Of a stretch of DNA of 64,000 bases, positions 42,654 through 55,980 are shown piece by piece. A model generated the notes under the pieces. The model saw only the letters and a list, made by a program, of their open reading frames with translations. It was not told the origin of the DNA and did no database searches. This stretch comes from Octopus vulgaris (Eukaryota). The translations under genes and the position numbers were made by a program. The stretch lies in the NCBI GenBank assembly GCA_951406725.2, contig OX597835.1, positions 45,198,001-45,262,000 of the forward strand, given 5' to 3'. The first letter of the stretch is position 1. The number at the start of each line of letters is the position of its first letter.

Positions 42654-43066
42654 ACTCTTTTACTGTTTTACTTGTTTCAGTCATTTTGACTGCGGCCATG
42701 TTGGAGCACCGCCTTTAGTCGAGCAACTCGACCCCAGGACTTATTCTTTTGTAAGCCCAGTACTTATTCTCTCGGTCTCTTTTGCCGAACCGCTAAGTAA
42801 CGGAGACATAAACACACCAGCATCGGTTGTCAAGCAATGCTAGGGGGACAAACACAGACACACAAACACACACACGCATATATATATATATACACATATA
42901 TACGACGGGCTTCTTACAGTCTCCGTCTACCAAATCCACTCACAAGGCTTTAATCGGCCCGAGGCTATAGTAGGAGACAGTTGCTCAAGGTGCCACGCAG
43001 TGGGACTGAACCCGGAACCATGTGGTTGGTAAACAAGCTACTTACCACACAGCCACTCCTGCGCCT
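42654..43066 (-). mobile_element. full-length SINE family B
   Basis: Complete head AGGCGCAGGAGTGGCTGTGTGG on the minus strand. Matches the other copies. Confidence 0.9.
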
Positions 43067-43302
43067 ATAGTATGTATATATATATATATATATATGATGT
43101 ATGTATATATTTATGTATATATGCATGTATTTATGTATGTATGGGTGTCTGTATGTATTGTTGCGTTGTTGGCAAGATTGGTAAAAAGTATAAGAGAAAT
43201 TCTTTGATGAAATATTTTTAGTTGCGGTTTCGATGATGTTATTAACTGTGCCATTGACACATCCATGTGTTCATTAATACGAATTCATATGAACACACGC
43301 AT

Positions 43303-43343
<41 letters not shown>

Positions 43344-43463
43344 CTCACACATACACACACACGCATACACAGGCACAAACACACACACACACACACACCC
43401 ACATATAAATACTCTCAGAAATAACCTCACGCATGCCTATATATGAATATATTTAAATAGGTG

Positions 43464-43512
<49 letters not shown>

Positions 43513-43623
43513 ATGTGGGCGTGTGTGTATACATGTTGTATATATATATATACACATACTATATATATATATATATATGTGTGTATACATGTGTGTATAT
43601 ATATATATATATATACACATACT

Positions 43624-43704
<81 letters not shown>

Positions 43705-45621
43705 ATGTAGGAGTGTAATTTACTGTGTGAGAAGAGAGGATGCGTATGTAGACATGTGTCTATGCTTGATTAATACAAAACTATGCACATTAATACAAAC
43801 ATATAAACACACGTTATATTGGTTGGAATATTTGGTGTATTATCTCTTCCAATTTTTGCCTATGATTAAAATTTCAGACGATAAAACGAAATTAAATTGA
43901 TATTAAATGTATCTCATAATGAGTCACACAAACCGCTGGAGTTCGAGTATAATTGAGAAAAAAAAACAGAAAAAAGGTATTAGTGTGTGTAAATTGGTGA
44001 AAGGAGTGGGGAAATGAAATATGCTTAGTGGCCGGGAGGTGGCTGCGTGGACGGGAGAGGCATATGGGAGTGGAATCATGAAAACATATCTAACTTTATG
44101 GAGTTTGAAAACTCATAAACACACACACATGCTTTCACATACCTACACACACACAAACACTCAAAAATATATATTGATATTCGTATGCGTCCGATTGTTT
44201 GTGGGTGTTGTGTAGTATGTGTAGTCATATATAAGTTTGAAGTCATAAATAAATGAAGAAACAGAAAGTCGATCTATATTATATTGTTTATCTGTTTATT
44301 CGACGGTGTGGGTTTCGAAACTAAGCTAGTCTTTGCTATGCGTTTGCATTTTTCAATTTGTGTATGAGAAAAATAGCAAAAATAAAATGAAACTGAGAAG
44401 CATAAGTTTATATAAGCAAGGAAGGTAACTTTCCCTTCACAATTTCGACACCTCAACACTGAATCGTGTTATTTGTTTCTCCTATGTGTAAAAGGCCCGC
44501 AAGATACATATCTTATGGCCAGCAGATTACATCAATACCAGTGCTCAAATGGCATTTTTTCCGGTCACGAAAGATGGAATAAAGCATCGACCTCAGTGGA
44601 TTTTGATTTTTGATCGCAATGCCCGAGGAAATGCTACTAAGACTTTTAGACATATACTGACTCTTAATATAGGTTTCAAATTTTCACACAAGGCCAGCAA
44701 TTTCGGAGAAGTAGGTATGTCGATTACATCGAATCCAGTATTTAAATGGTACTAATTTTTTTCGAGCTCGGGATAATAAATGGCAAGGTCGACTTCTGCT
44801 GTATTTGAACTCAGAACGTAAAGACGACGAAATGCAGTTAGAATTTTGTACGACACTGAATTTTAATATTACAAGGTCAACAGGAGGAAAAAACTATTTC
44901 TGGTGGTGATTATGAAGTACTTGTGGACGAATAGTGGGGAGTGGTCGTATAATTTATATTTCCAAATTTTGAAGTAACAAAAATATTTGCACTCGTATCC
45001 CAGGCAGGTGAAATTGTTGCGGTTATCATGACACATATATTTCGATTGAAAAATTGTAAGTTGACAATTTAGAAAAAAAAAAAAAAGTTATATTAAGTAG
45101 AAATTCCAGATATTGAGGTTGCTTGAAGTAAGAATTGAGTGGCGCTGATGGCACAAATCTATTGTGAGGAGACGATAACTGCAGCACAAAGAAAGTGACG
45201 AGAAGAGAAGGGAATAGAAAAGAAGAGAGAGAGAGAGAGAGAGAGAGATGGATAGAGAAGTAGAGGGAGAGGAGGAGGGAGAGATGGAAAGTAAGACATT
45301 CAAAGACAAGAAGAGACTAAGAGATGGCGGGTTGCGCCAATTGTTCCTGAGTGATGATGTTCTGAGACTATCTAAATCTGTTGGAAACAGTCTAATACAA
45401 TTGCGGTAAAAAAGGCAAATATTCGAAACAGCATGCTAGCGAAGCACATATTGGATTATGATAGGATGTGACTTCATAAACTGTTACTCGGAGTATCACA
45501 TTACCGTTAGTCGGATATTTGTAAACATACGAAGAACTCCGAATAACAGTTTGTAAAGATTTTCTTTCAGCTCTAATTTTACCTTCGGTATTCGAGTACT
45601 ATGTGCTTACTCCTATGCATC

Positions 45622-45684
<63 letters not shown>

Positions 45685-45799
45685 TTGTACATGAATTTTT
45701 GTTGCAAGATTCTTTATGCGAAAGCGTGTGTTGAGAGGGATATTTTTATGTTTTGGGACGGTCATTTTTTTTCTTTGTTGCCAAATAAACATACGCACT

Positions 45800-46040
45800 A
45801 TATATTCAACATCTTCAACGGGAATGTGAACCTACAATTTGCGGAGTTTTTCATCCCTGCGTTGCATTGAAGTCTTCGTGGGCATGATCGCAAACTCTAT
45901 CCGCGAAACTTTCGGATTAACAGGCGGAATGCCGCATTCTCCGTCTGTATCACAGCCTCGTTGAACAAGTTACCACAAGATGTCATTCACCTGCCCACCA
46001 CTCCCCTGTTCAAAGAAGCTCTGGACAATTGTCGCGACTA
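45800..46040 (+). mobile_element. CR1/L2-clade LINE 3' end
   Basis: Translates as ..LRGHDRKL..RRNAAFSV..LNKLPQDVI..LFKEALD, the CR1-type C-terminal motif. Confidence 0.7.
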
Positions 46041-46133
46041 TGTATAAAACTGTATATATTATATACAGTTTTATACATAGTCGCCACAATTGTCCAGAGA
46101 TTCTTTGAACAGGGGAGTGGTGGGCAGGTGAAT
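45985..46133. repeat. fold-back palindrome, 74-bp arms
   Basis: Arms are reverse complementary with 2 mismatches and a 1-nt centre at 46059. Confidence 0.92.
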
Positions 46134-46269
46134 ATATACTATATAACAACAACTACATTTTGTTTACATAGCTTAAGCACATTGTGCTCTTCATCTGCCA
46201 ATAAATTGGATTTGATTTGATTCGTTCTTCAATTATTTATTATTCTTCATATTTTATCTTGTGTCAATT

Positions 46270-46312
46270 GTCTGGAAATCTTTCGTCACACATCTGTTAC
46301 CTCTTCAGGGAC
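46270..46312 (-). ncRNA. degenerate hammerhead motif
   Basis: Minus strand GTCC-CTGAAGA-GGTAACAGATGTGTGAC-GAAA-GATTTCCAGAC. Related to 52309-52352. Confidence 0.35.
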
Positions 46313-46809
46313 CCTTTCCGTCCAGGCGTGTTCTGTTGCTCAGCTTAATCCATTCTGCCCGTCTATGATGTATTTGCTTATCTGCGTATGTGGCTGCATC
46401 TGTAAGTATGTATGTGTGTGCATGTGTGTGTGTGTGCGCGGGTGCGTGTGTGTGCGTGTCTCTACACGCGTGCATGGGCATGCATACTCATGTCTATGCA
46501 TTTCGCATGTGTGCTTATGTGTATGTGTATGGATTCGCACACCACATTGTAATATCCATGTCATTTATATTGCTGTTCCTAGTAATATTGTGGCCCACCC
46601 CTCAATTACGTTTTCTTCTCCCCTGTTACTGCTGCTCTTGACCTTATTCTTGTGTCCCTCTTGTTCTTGTATCCTTCCGTGTCTGTGTGTTCATTCACGT
46701 CGATGCCATCTTTTTTGTTATTGTTCTTCGTGTTGTTGGGACCGTTACAGTATGTGTATTATTGCGTATATAAACACACACATACATTAATAAGTCATTA
46801 AAATAAACA

Positions 46810-47830
46810 CAAGAAATTGTTCATTTATAAAATCAAGCAAAGTTATGGGAATGAAAAAGAATGTACAAGGGCTCACATTGGCAAACCCCTTTTCAGTATG
46901 TGTGACGTTCTATATAAAACAATCTTTTGCGCTTTTCGCAGGGATGCTGAGCCAAGGATCATTTTCAAGTTATATTCCTTTACATTTTGGTCATGCCAAG
47001 TGCTCCTACAGTCGCTGGTATTTGTAACCGCCTTCTATCTCTATTTATCCGCTCAGTCGAAGTCGACTCTCGGTTACTCGATGGATCAGTGTCCTCCGGT
47101 CAGTTCTATCCTGGGCCGCTTCTTTCAGATTGGCCATGTCCATTCCAGTATCACTCTTGATGTAGTCAAGCCAGCGGGTTCTTGGTCGGCCTCTTCCTCT
47201 CTTGCCACTGACCATTCCGAGCATGATGTCCTTGTAACCGCCTTAAGATGTCACATATTTTCGATTTCAATGAGCAAATTTTTATATTTACTGAGCATGT
47301 CAGATTCTTTTGCCGAGAAATTATGATAACAAGGAATACTCTTATCGATCAATACTTTAGTGTTTTGGTCTTTCAATACAATATCCGCTTTATTAGCTCT
47401 GAAGTTTCTATTAGTATGTACTAGAATGTCACAAAGAATCGTTACCTTTTCTTCCTCAGAATGGTGACTATACCACCTGTCAACAGTTTTCATTTTATAA
47501 TGCCGAGATAGTAATCAGTGAGTATATATATTAGTCAAATCTCTCACGCTTTGATTTATACTCTATAGGTGCTAAATCTTTGCACCCAAAGATTAGTTGA
47601 TCCACTTTTTCAACTTCATCATCGTAGAATCGGCATTTTGGATCTACTTCATTTTTTATCACATTGGCTTCGTTGTTCCGGGTCATTAAGATGAAACATT
47701 TTCTCTCTGCCTTTAACCCTGGGTACCTTAGTGACTGATGGGTGAAGTGGTCAACACCGGCTTGTTTGCTACGGGCAACGTATTTGCCATGCAAGCATTT
47801 CTGATCCCACCTCTCAGTGAATTGTTGCTA
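46810..47830 (-). mobile_element. RLE-type non-LTR retrotransposon 3' portion
   Basis: HGKY, DPKCRF, ANKADIV, SKYKNLLIE and VGALGM..QKIVL motifs. Same subfamily as 3781-4366 and 9030-9495. Confidence 0.8.
47035..47231 (-). mobile_element. 5'-truncated RTE (BovB-like) LINE with 13-bp TSD
   Basis: MLGMVSGKRGRGRPRTRWLDYIK..AAQDR motif. TSD TTGTAACCGCCTT at 47022-47034 and 47232-47244. Confidence 0.85.
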
Positions 47831-47849
47831 GGCTTTTATAGTATTATCA

Positions 47850-48090
47850 TATGACAACTCACAGCTCATTTTGCTGGGTGTGATGGAAAATGTCAGCTGT
47901 CCACAGCCGGCAGACTAAGATGACACTTGCTTATCGGTCATGGTCCAAGAACCCTGCGAAGAGTTCTTGCAGTTCCAAGCAATGCTGAGTTTTGTAGGTG
48001 TTCTACCTTCACACTTGCACCGATCTTTTTCAGCCATGTTGGTAGTTGAGCGCTGATACGTCCAAGTGCACCGATTACTATTAGTATCAC
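47850..48090 (-). mobile_element. RLE-type element 3' end (further subfamily)
   Basis: IIGALG..EHLQNSALLGTAR motifs. 3' UTR resembles about 60950-61150. Confidence 0.65.
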
Positions 48091-48128
48091 AATTAATTAA
48101 TATTATTATACTATTGGTATCAAGTCTA

Positions 48129-48176
<48 letters not shown>

Positions 48177-48787
48177 CATCATACTGATGACGAGTATTGA
48201 TTTTAATGGTAATTATGTCATTTAATATGTTTGCTTCCTTCATTCTAAAGAACAAAGATCGAGAGAAGAATCGCAGTAAATTCAAGTAAATTTGAGAAAG
48301 ATAGAGAGGGGGGGGGGAGGATAGAGAGAAAGAAATAGATAGATAGATGGAGAGAGAGAGAGAGGGGGGAAGAGAGAGAGAGAGAGAGAGCCAGAGTTGA
48401 GTTTATCTAGCGGAGCTTTTGACCTCCTAGAATTAACGATCAAATCTGTCGGAAATCACACACTGCTCTATCATAAAATGAAATTTTATTAGGCATATAC
48501 ATACACACGCATACACATACAAATACACACACATACAAATACACACACATACGCATACAAATACACACACATACACATACAGATACACACACATACACAT
48601 ACACATACAAATACACACATATACACATACGAATACACACACATACGCATACAAATGCACACACACAGATACACACACACGCGCATACACACACTAACAT
48701 ATGTACGTAAGTATGTCTAAGTATATATGTATACCTATCAATTTACCTATCTATCAATATATGTCTACCTGTCTACTTATACATATA

Positions 48788-48819
<32 letters not shown>

Positions 48820-48848
48820 CATACATACTCAGACACGAATACATAAGA

Positions 48849-48879
<31 letters not shown>

Positions 48880-48984
48880 CGTGCACACACACTCATATAT
48901 AGGTACAAAGGAAAGAGAAATCCACTAAGTTGAGGGCAAGCATAGCTTTGATGATAAGCCTGATAAATTACAAATGACCGACAC

Positions 48985-48998
48985 TGCTGCTGCTGCTG

Positions 48999-49044
<46 letters not shown>

Positions 49045-49049
49045 CGTTA

Positions 49050-49102
<53 letters not shown>

Positions 49103-49198
49103 TATTTTAGACCCGATCTAGAATTGAATACTACTACTACTACTCATAATAATAATGCTACTGCTTCTGCTGCTGCTGCTACAACAACAACAACAGCA

Positions 49199-49247
<49 letters not shown>

Positions 49248-49260
49248 CTAGTAATACTAT
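48985..49260. repeat. compound (CTG/CTA/TAG)n microsatellite
   Basis: Direct reading. Confidence 0.9.
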
Positions 49261-49892
49261 TACTTGCAAATAAATTTGGATAGGTTTACTAGAGATCTGG
49301 GATTCAATCCTTGCCAATCCAATTTACAGCGAGATGAAAGAAATCAGAAAGTGACGATGATGATGATGATGATGATGATGATTACGATGACGCCAGCGCT
49401 AATGCGTACGATAAAGACGATAGTGTAGAAGAAATCCGAAAGGATGTCAACAGAGATGATGAAGAGAATGAGGCGGTGGAGAGTAGATGGAAGGTGGGTG
49501 GAGAAGGAGATGCTTGAGTAAGTTCATCCGGAAGAGAAAAAAGGGAGAGCATGGATTCATGAGTAAGAGAGAAAGAGAGAAAGAGAGCGGGTATAAGTGA
49601 CTTACAATAAGGAAAATGAAAACAAAGTTATCTAGAGAAAAAACAGCTGATACAGATTTTCTCTCCCTCTGTCTTCCCATAGCTACCTATCAATATATCT
49701 TTCTATCAGTACGCACTAATTACACACACACGCACGCACACACAAGCACCCATGCACGCACGCGCCCAGAGGAGTCCTCTCACAGTGGCATAGAGACACA
49801 GGTACAGACATGTGTCTCTCTTCAAAAATATTGGTAGGCAATATATATATGTATGTATATACACGCACACACACACACACATACATACATAC

Positions 49893-49932
<40 letters not shown>

Positions 49933-50392
49933 CAGACTGCACCTTTTTTTACGAGGGTTAGACGGTATCAGATGTCATATAATGCATAATGCACTCATCA
50001 CAGACCATCCAATTATTCATCGGTAGGAATGGCCGTTTCCTTAATGTAAGATGTCAGGTGAATTCTTTGAAGTAGTAATTCAGGAATGTACATTATCCAT
50101 GGCTCGATACATACATAAACAGATGCATACAAACACACATACACGCATATATGCGTACACATACACAGATGCTCACATACACACACACATGGATTGTCTG
50201 AAATTACCTTCACTTTGTGCTGGGTGTATAGTCCCCAAATATAAATTATATAAATATTTATGTATGTCTATCTATGGTTGTACGTCTGTTTTTTATATAT
50301 ATCTATAATATAGTCATCGTACATATACATACACGTGTATATAGACACACATACTCATGTATATACACATAGATAAACCTTTGAGTTATATA

Positions 50393-50440
<48 letters not shown>

Positions 50441-50904
50441 CGTATATATATATATATTTATATATATACACACACATATAATGTGTATATATATGTATAG
50501 GCATAAACTAACGCATACACATACACATATACACACACATATATATGTGTGTGTGTGAATGTACAATATATATGGCGAGAGAGAAAGGTAAAGGAAAGAA
50601 AGAAACAGAGAGAGGGGGGTCGGGGATACGATTCAATATTAAAAGTCAAAAACAACATGAAACACAATATAATGGATAACAACACCATTCGCAATGAATC
50701 ATGGAGTTTTCGCTAAAAATCTCATTAGATTCCAATGAATGGTAGCATAAAACCTAATGAAGAATTAATCAGCCGAAGTCCATATTGAGTCTTCTTAATA
50801 TTTTATGATAAAAAGACTCACTAACGTGCCGTCTATGTGTCTTCGTATCTATCTATGTTGGTGTACATCAATGGATCGTTAGATTGTTACTTCTATGGAC
50901 CAAC

Positions 50905-50954
<50 letters not shown>

Positions 50955-50997
50955 TGTGTGTATACAGACACATACATACACACATACTAGATCTTAA

Positions 50998-51302
50998 AGA
51001 CTCCGCCGGTTACGACGACGAGGGTCCCAGCTGATACGATCAACGGAACAGCTTGCTCGTGAAATTAACGTGCAAATGGTTGAGCATTCCACAGACACGT
51101 GTACCCTTAACGTAGTTCTCGGGGATAATCAGCGTGACACAGAAAGTGACAAGGCTGACCCTTTGAAATACAAGTACTGAGTGGACTGGAGCAACGTGAA
51201 ATAAAGTGACTTGCTCAAGGACACAACGCGTCGCCGGGAATCGAACTCACAACCTTACGATCATGAGCCGAATGCCCTAACCACTAAGCCACGCGCCCTC
51301 AC
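50998..51302 (-). mobile_element. tRNA-derived CORE-like SINE, family D
   Basis: Minus strand: A-box TGGCTTAGTGG, B-box GAGTTCGATTCCC, then CCTTGAGCAAGTCACTT. Confidence 0.85.
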
Positions 51303-51558
51303 ATACTAGATACATACATATATATACATATATATTATATATATGTATGTATGTGTCTGTGTGTCTGTTAATTTACTTGTGTGCATGTGTTTGTTCGTAC
51401 GTATTTCGATATGGGCACAGCCTTGCCATTTGGTATGATGCTTGGTTCCCTACTTGACGGCTCCGTGTTCAGTCCCAATGGGAACTGACTTCTTCAATAG
51501 CAAGATGCCGAAAAACGCCTTTTGAATAGATCAAGTCGACAGAAAGTGAAATAAGGAC

Positions 51559-51630
<72 letters not shown>

Positions 51631-51959
51631 TTTTTTATTTTTTTATTTTATTATTTTATTTTTTTATTTATTTATTTATTTATTTATTTTTTTATTTTTT
51701 TTTTTATTTTTTTATTTTTTTATTTTTTTTTTTTTTTATTTTTTTATTTTTTTTATTTTTTTATTTTTTTTTTTATTTTTTTATTTTTTTATTTTTTTAT
51801 TTTTTTATTTATCTATTCTTTCATCTAACTTACCACTGACTCCTTGACCACTCCCCCAAGTATGATATTTTGCGCTATGCCTACCCCCAAAAAAGTCCCC
51901 CACCACCACTCCTTTAAACCTGCCTAAATGTATAAATGCTAATACAATTCTTGTTAAAT

Positions 51960-52010
51960 AGCTTCCTGAAGATTTCTCTTGAATGAAACAGTACTAGTCC
52001 TGTAGAAGCT
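51960..52010 (+). ncRNA. type I hammerhead ribozyme in a solo pLTR-like unit (~51630-52096)
   Basis: AGCTTC-CTGAAGA-TTTCTCTTGAAT-GAAA-CAG(TACTAGTC)CTG-TA-GAAGCT. Intact core, 6-bp stem I, GUA site. TATAAAT at 51931 and AATAAA at 52021. Confidence 0.75.
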
Positions 52011-52093
52011 CCTTCTATATAATAAATTAATTTTACTCTGCTATGTATTGAGTACCTTACTTACTGTGGTTAACCCCGAATCAACCCGGGACC

Positions 52094-52148
<55 letters not shown>

Positions 52149-52308
52149 CGCAAGATTTTTTTATGTGAAGTCGTGTGTTGAAACAGATATTGTTATATTT
52201 CGGAATGGTCATTTTGCCAGTTTAGCCAATAAAAACACACGCACTATATATTTGGTGTTACTTTGATTCAGTGTTATTTATTTTTTACATCAATCTTAAT
52301 CTTATTTC

Positions 52309-52352
52309 GGCCAGAGTTCTTTCGTGACACTTCTTTGACCGCATCAGTGGTC
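52309..52352 (-). ncRNA. variant hammerhead motif in a pLTR-like unit (~52142-52410)
   Basis: Minus strand GACCA-CTGATGC-GGTCAAAGAAGTGTCAC-GAAA-GAAC-TC-TGGCC. A9 is C and stem II is decayed. Confidence 0.4.
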
Positions 52353-52439
52353 CTTTGTTTTCTTCTTTCTTATTTGTGTCTCTCCTTACTAACCGTCAGC
52401 CATTTTGTATATATATATGCACACATTCTTTCATTCATT

Positions 52440-52660
52440 CATTGTTTTACTTATTTCAGTCATTTGTCTGTGGCCATACTGGAGCACCATCTTTGGTCGA
52501 CGAAATCGACACCAGAACTTATTCTTTGTGTAGCCTAGTAATTATAGTATGCTTTTTTTGCCGGACCGATTAGTTGAGGGGACATGAACATACCAACATC
52601 GGTTGTCAAGCTATGTTACGGAGGACAATCATAGACACACGCACATGCAAATACACGCAA

Positions 52661-52701
<41 letters not shown>

Positions 52702-52875
52702 AAAGTTTTCTTTGAGTTCTCGTTTACCAAAACCGCTAACAAGGCTAGGGTTGTCCCGAGGCCAACCCTAGCCTTGTAAGTGGATTTCGTAGACGACACA
52801 AGGTGTCAGGCAGTGGGGCTGAACCCGGATCAATGTGGTTGGGAAGCAAGCTTCCTACCACACATCCCCACCTGA
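52440..52875 (-). mobile_element. diverged SINE family B
   Basis: Collinear with the family B consensus. Confidence 0.7.
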
Positions 52876-53809
52876 ACTTCCATATCTTTTATCATTTATT
52901 TTTGTCAGTCAATTAACTGCGGCATATGTTGCGACACCGCCTCGAACGAATCGACCCCAAACCTTTTTCTTGAACACCTGGTACTTATTCGATCGGTAAC
53001 TGTTGCTCAACCGTTAATTTACCTGGATATAAAGAGGTGGTTGAGACAAACGGCGATACAAATACGGATACATACGTATATATATTCAATGGGCTTCTTC
53101 AAATTTCCTTCTTTTAATTCGAAATATGGTGTTCTGTTTTGCATGAATTTTATCCGATTTTTATTACTATAAACTCAGCAATTTTTAAAAAGGTGTTTGT
53201 ATATATGTGTTAGGGCCTAAATATGTTTTTATGAGGATATCTGTTTTGTAGGCATGCACATGTAGTCGTATGTGTGCGTCTGTTTATATGTGTTCGTAAG
53301 CGTGTATGTTTATACTTTTACACATACGCACATGGATGTATATGTATGCATGTATACACTTATATTTGTGTAGTTATGTATTTACGTCCATATTTCCATA
53401 TATTGATATACGTGATTTTATATGTGTGTTTATATGCTAATATATACTCATGTATATATATATATATATATATATAATTTTATTTTATGTGTACGTTCGT
53501 TACACATATTCCGTCACCTATCGCTCTCTCTCTCTCTCTCTTTGTTTTTCTTTCCTTACGCAAAGCATCCTTTCTCTCCCTCTTCGTTACTTTGATAGGC
53601 ACCTTAAACAATGCGTTCCTCCTCTCCTTCCCTTACTTCCATCTCTCTTGTCTGATAAAACTGACTTGTGTACGTATACACCAGGAGATTTTTATGCATG
53701 TCCCTATTTGTATATGTGTATATGTGTATTTGTGCGTATATTTATGTCTTACATATACATGCCTGTATATGTATGTAACTATGTGCATGCATCTGTGTAC
53801 TTTCCATAC

Positions 53810-55612
53810 TAGAAAACGAGGGCTTCTACGAAAAAAGTTATAAACTATAAACAACAAAAAACAATGAAAAATCTTGCATCCTTAGTTCTTCTATATGGAA
53901 AAGGCTTGACAGAAAAAGAAACAGACTACATCACGAACTTCAAATGTAAACCCAGTCTTACGGCCTCCCTAAAATACACAAGAGCAAGATAATCAATGAA
54001 GCCTGCAAACAATCACCAGGCAAATATATAAACATCCAAACGCCAGACGACTTGACTTTAAGACCCATTGTAGCTGGGCCAGCCTGTGAAACCCACCGAC
54101 TGAGCAATTTTCTAGACATCCTACTGAAACCCTTGCTGAAATACATCAAAAGCTTCATTAGAGATGATTTAGACATGCTAGAACACCTACCAAAAACGAT
54201 TGATGAAGAGGCAGTATTGGTTACCCTCGATGTTATCAATCTTTACACCAACATCCCCCATGACTATGGAATAAAAGCAATTAAATTCTGGTTGGAAAAT
54301 TACCCCGAAGTCCTCCCGGAACGCATAAACCAGATCTTTATTATTGAATCCGTAAAATTTATACTTCAGAACAATTATTTCCTATTTGATGACACATACT
54401 ATCGTCAGAAATGCGGAATTGCGATGGGGGCGAAAGCAGCTCCTGTTCTTGCGAACCTAATAATTGGTTATTTTGAATTCACCTTATATGAAGTGTATCA
54501 CTTCAGAAATATGGTTACTCATTTTACCTGTACATAAGAGAAAATTGGAAGAGATACCTAGATGACTGCTTTATCATCTGGAAGGAGAACATCGACAAAC
54601 TTTTGGATTTCAAAACAACACTAAATGACATAAATAGTAACATTCAATTCACAATGGAATATAACAAAGAACAATTCCCATTTTTAGACATCATGATAAA
54701 AAAAGTTAAGAATGAAATCATAACTGACATTTATTATAAACCAACTGATCCAAAACAATATCTTCTCTTTAACTCATGTCACCCGAAACACATCAAAATA
54801 AACATCCCTTTCAACTTAGCAAAAAGGATCTGCACAATAGTGTCTGATAGAACAACTCGGGACCTTCGTCTTCAAGACCTCAAAACAACACTTATTGAAA
54901 GACAATATTCACCCTCTCTTATCGACGTGGGAATTAAACGTGCCAAACAATTAGACACAAAAACACTAAGAATAAAAACATAACACCACACCTCAGCTCA
55001 AAACATTACTTTTTATATCAACACACAACTCCAGAAACAGTGAGACATTCAACTCTATTGTGCAAACTCTTCCTTTACTAACTAGAGATCCAAAAATGAA
55101 CGATATCCTGAAAACACACAAACTCATCAACTGCAAAAAAAAGACAAATTGCTAAGGAGACTACTAACAAATGCGAAGCTTTACAAAACGACCACGAAAC
55201 CAACGGTTGAAAAATGTGGACGCCCAAACTGTGGAACCTGCCCCAATCTGCTTGAAGGCTCGGATTTCCTTTTCAAAATAGGGCAGAGGTTCACAATTAA
55301 TACTAGTTTCACTTGTGCCTCTGAGAACCTAATTTATGTAATAACCTGCTCGGTTGCTGACACCACTATATTGGACAAACGAGTATAACCTTGAGAAAGA
55401 GAACCACTGTACATAAGGAGCAAATCCGTTTCCTGCAATACAGACAAATTCCTCTCAGTGAACATATAGAAAAATGTGCAGGTAACATCAAACCAAATTT
55501 CACAGTCTTACCTTTCAACCAGTGCAGAGATGCGATCTCTCAACTAGAACGTTTAAATAAAGAAACTTTTTTCATTAAAAAATACAAAACGCGTCTTAAT
55601 ATTTACGCATAA
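53810..55612 (+). mobile_element. Penelope-like element: reverse transcriptase + GIY-YIG endonuclease, frameshifted and 5'-truncated
   Basis: LPKIHK, LRPIV, LDVINLYTNIP, GIAMG, RYLDD, PFLD, YYKPT, SCHP, then CGRPNCGTC and NLIYVITC..(Y)IGQT..R..H. Confidence 0.92.
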
Positions 55613-55980
55613 CCAACTTTTAATTTTTTTACATATTTCAATTCACGGTTACATCACTGTAAATAAATCCCCTACTAAACAAGGTTTTTGAAACTTGTCT
55701 CTGTCTGAACACATATATAATCCCCACCCATTACTTAAAGCTGAAGAGTTATCTCCCTTACCCACAACAATAACAATAATAACGACAACCAATTACCTCC
55801 CTTCATTTATCTATTTGTGAAGTCATTCATCCGTGAATTTCATCAAACACAACATGGATCAAACTTCTTCTTAGAAAAATATATATATATTCAAATAAGT
55901 TAAACATAATATCATGAATAGCGATATATTAAAAATTATATTAAAACTATGTAAGTGTGCGTATTTTCCTTTTTTAATTT

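Noticed and set aside
44290-44340. GAAACTAAGCTAGTC hammerhead stem III-like motif
   Set aside because: No CTGANGA upstream and no stem I.
46941-47017. Apparent plus-strand exon after TTTTCGCAG
   Set aside because: It is the antisense of the RLE element C-terminus (VGALGM..QKIVL).
51228-51302. tRNA gene
   Set aside because: The tRNA-like sequence runs directly into a CORE-like SINE body and the acceptor stem is imperfect.
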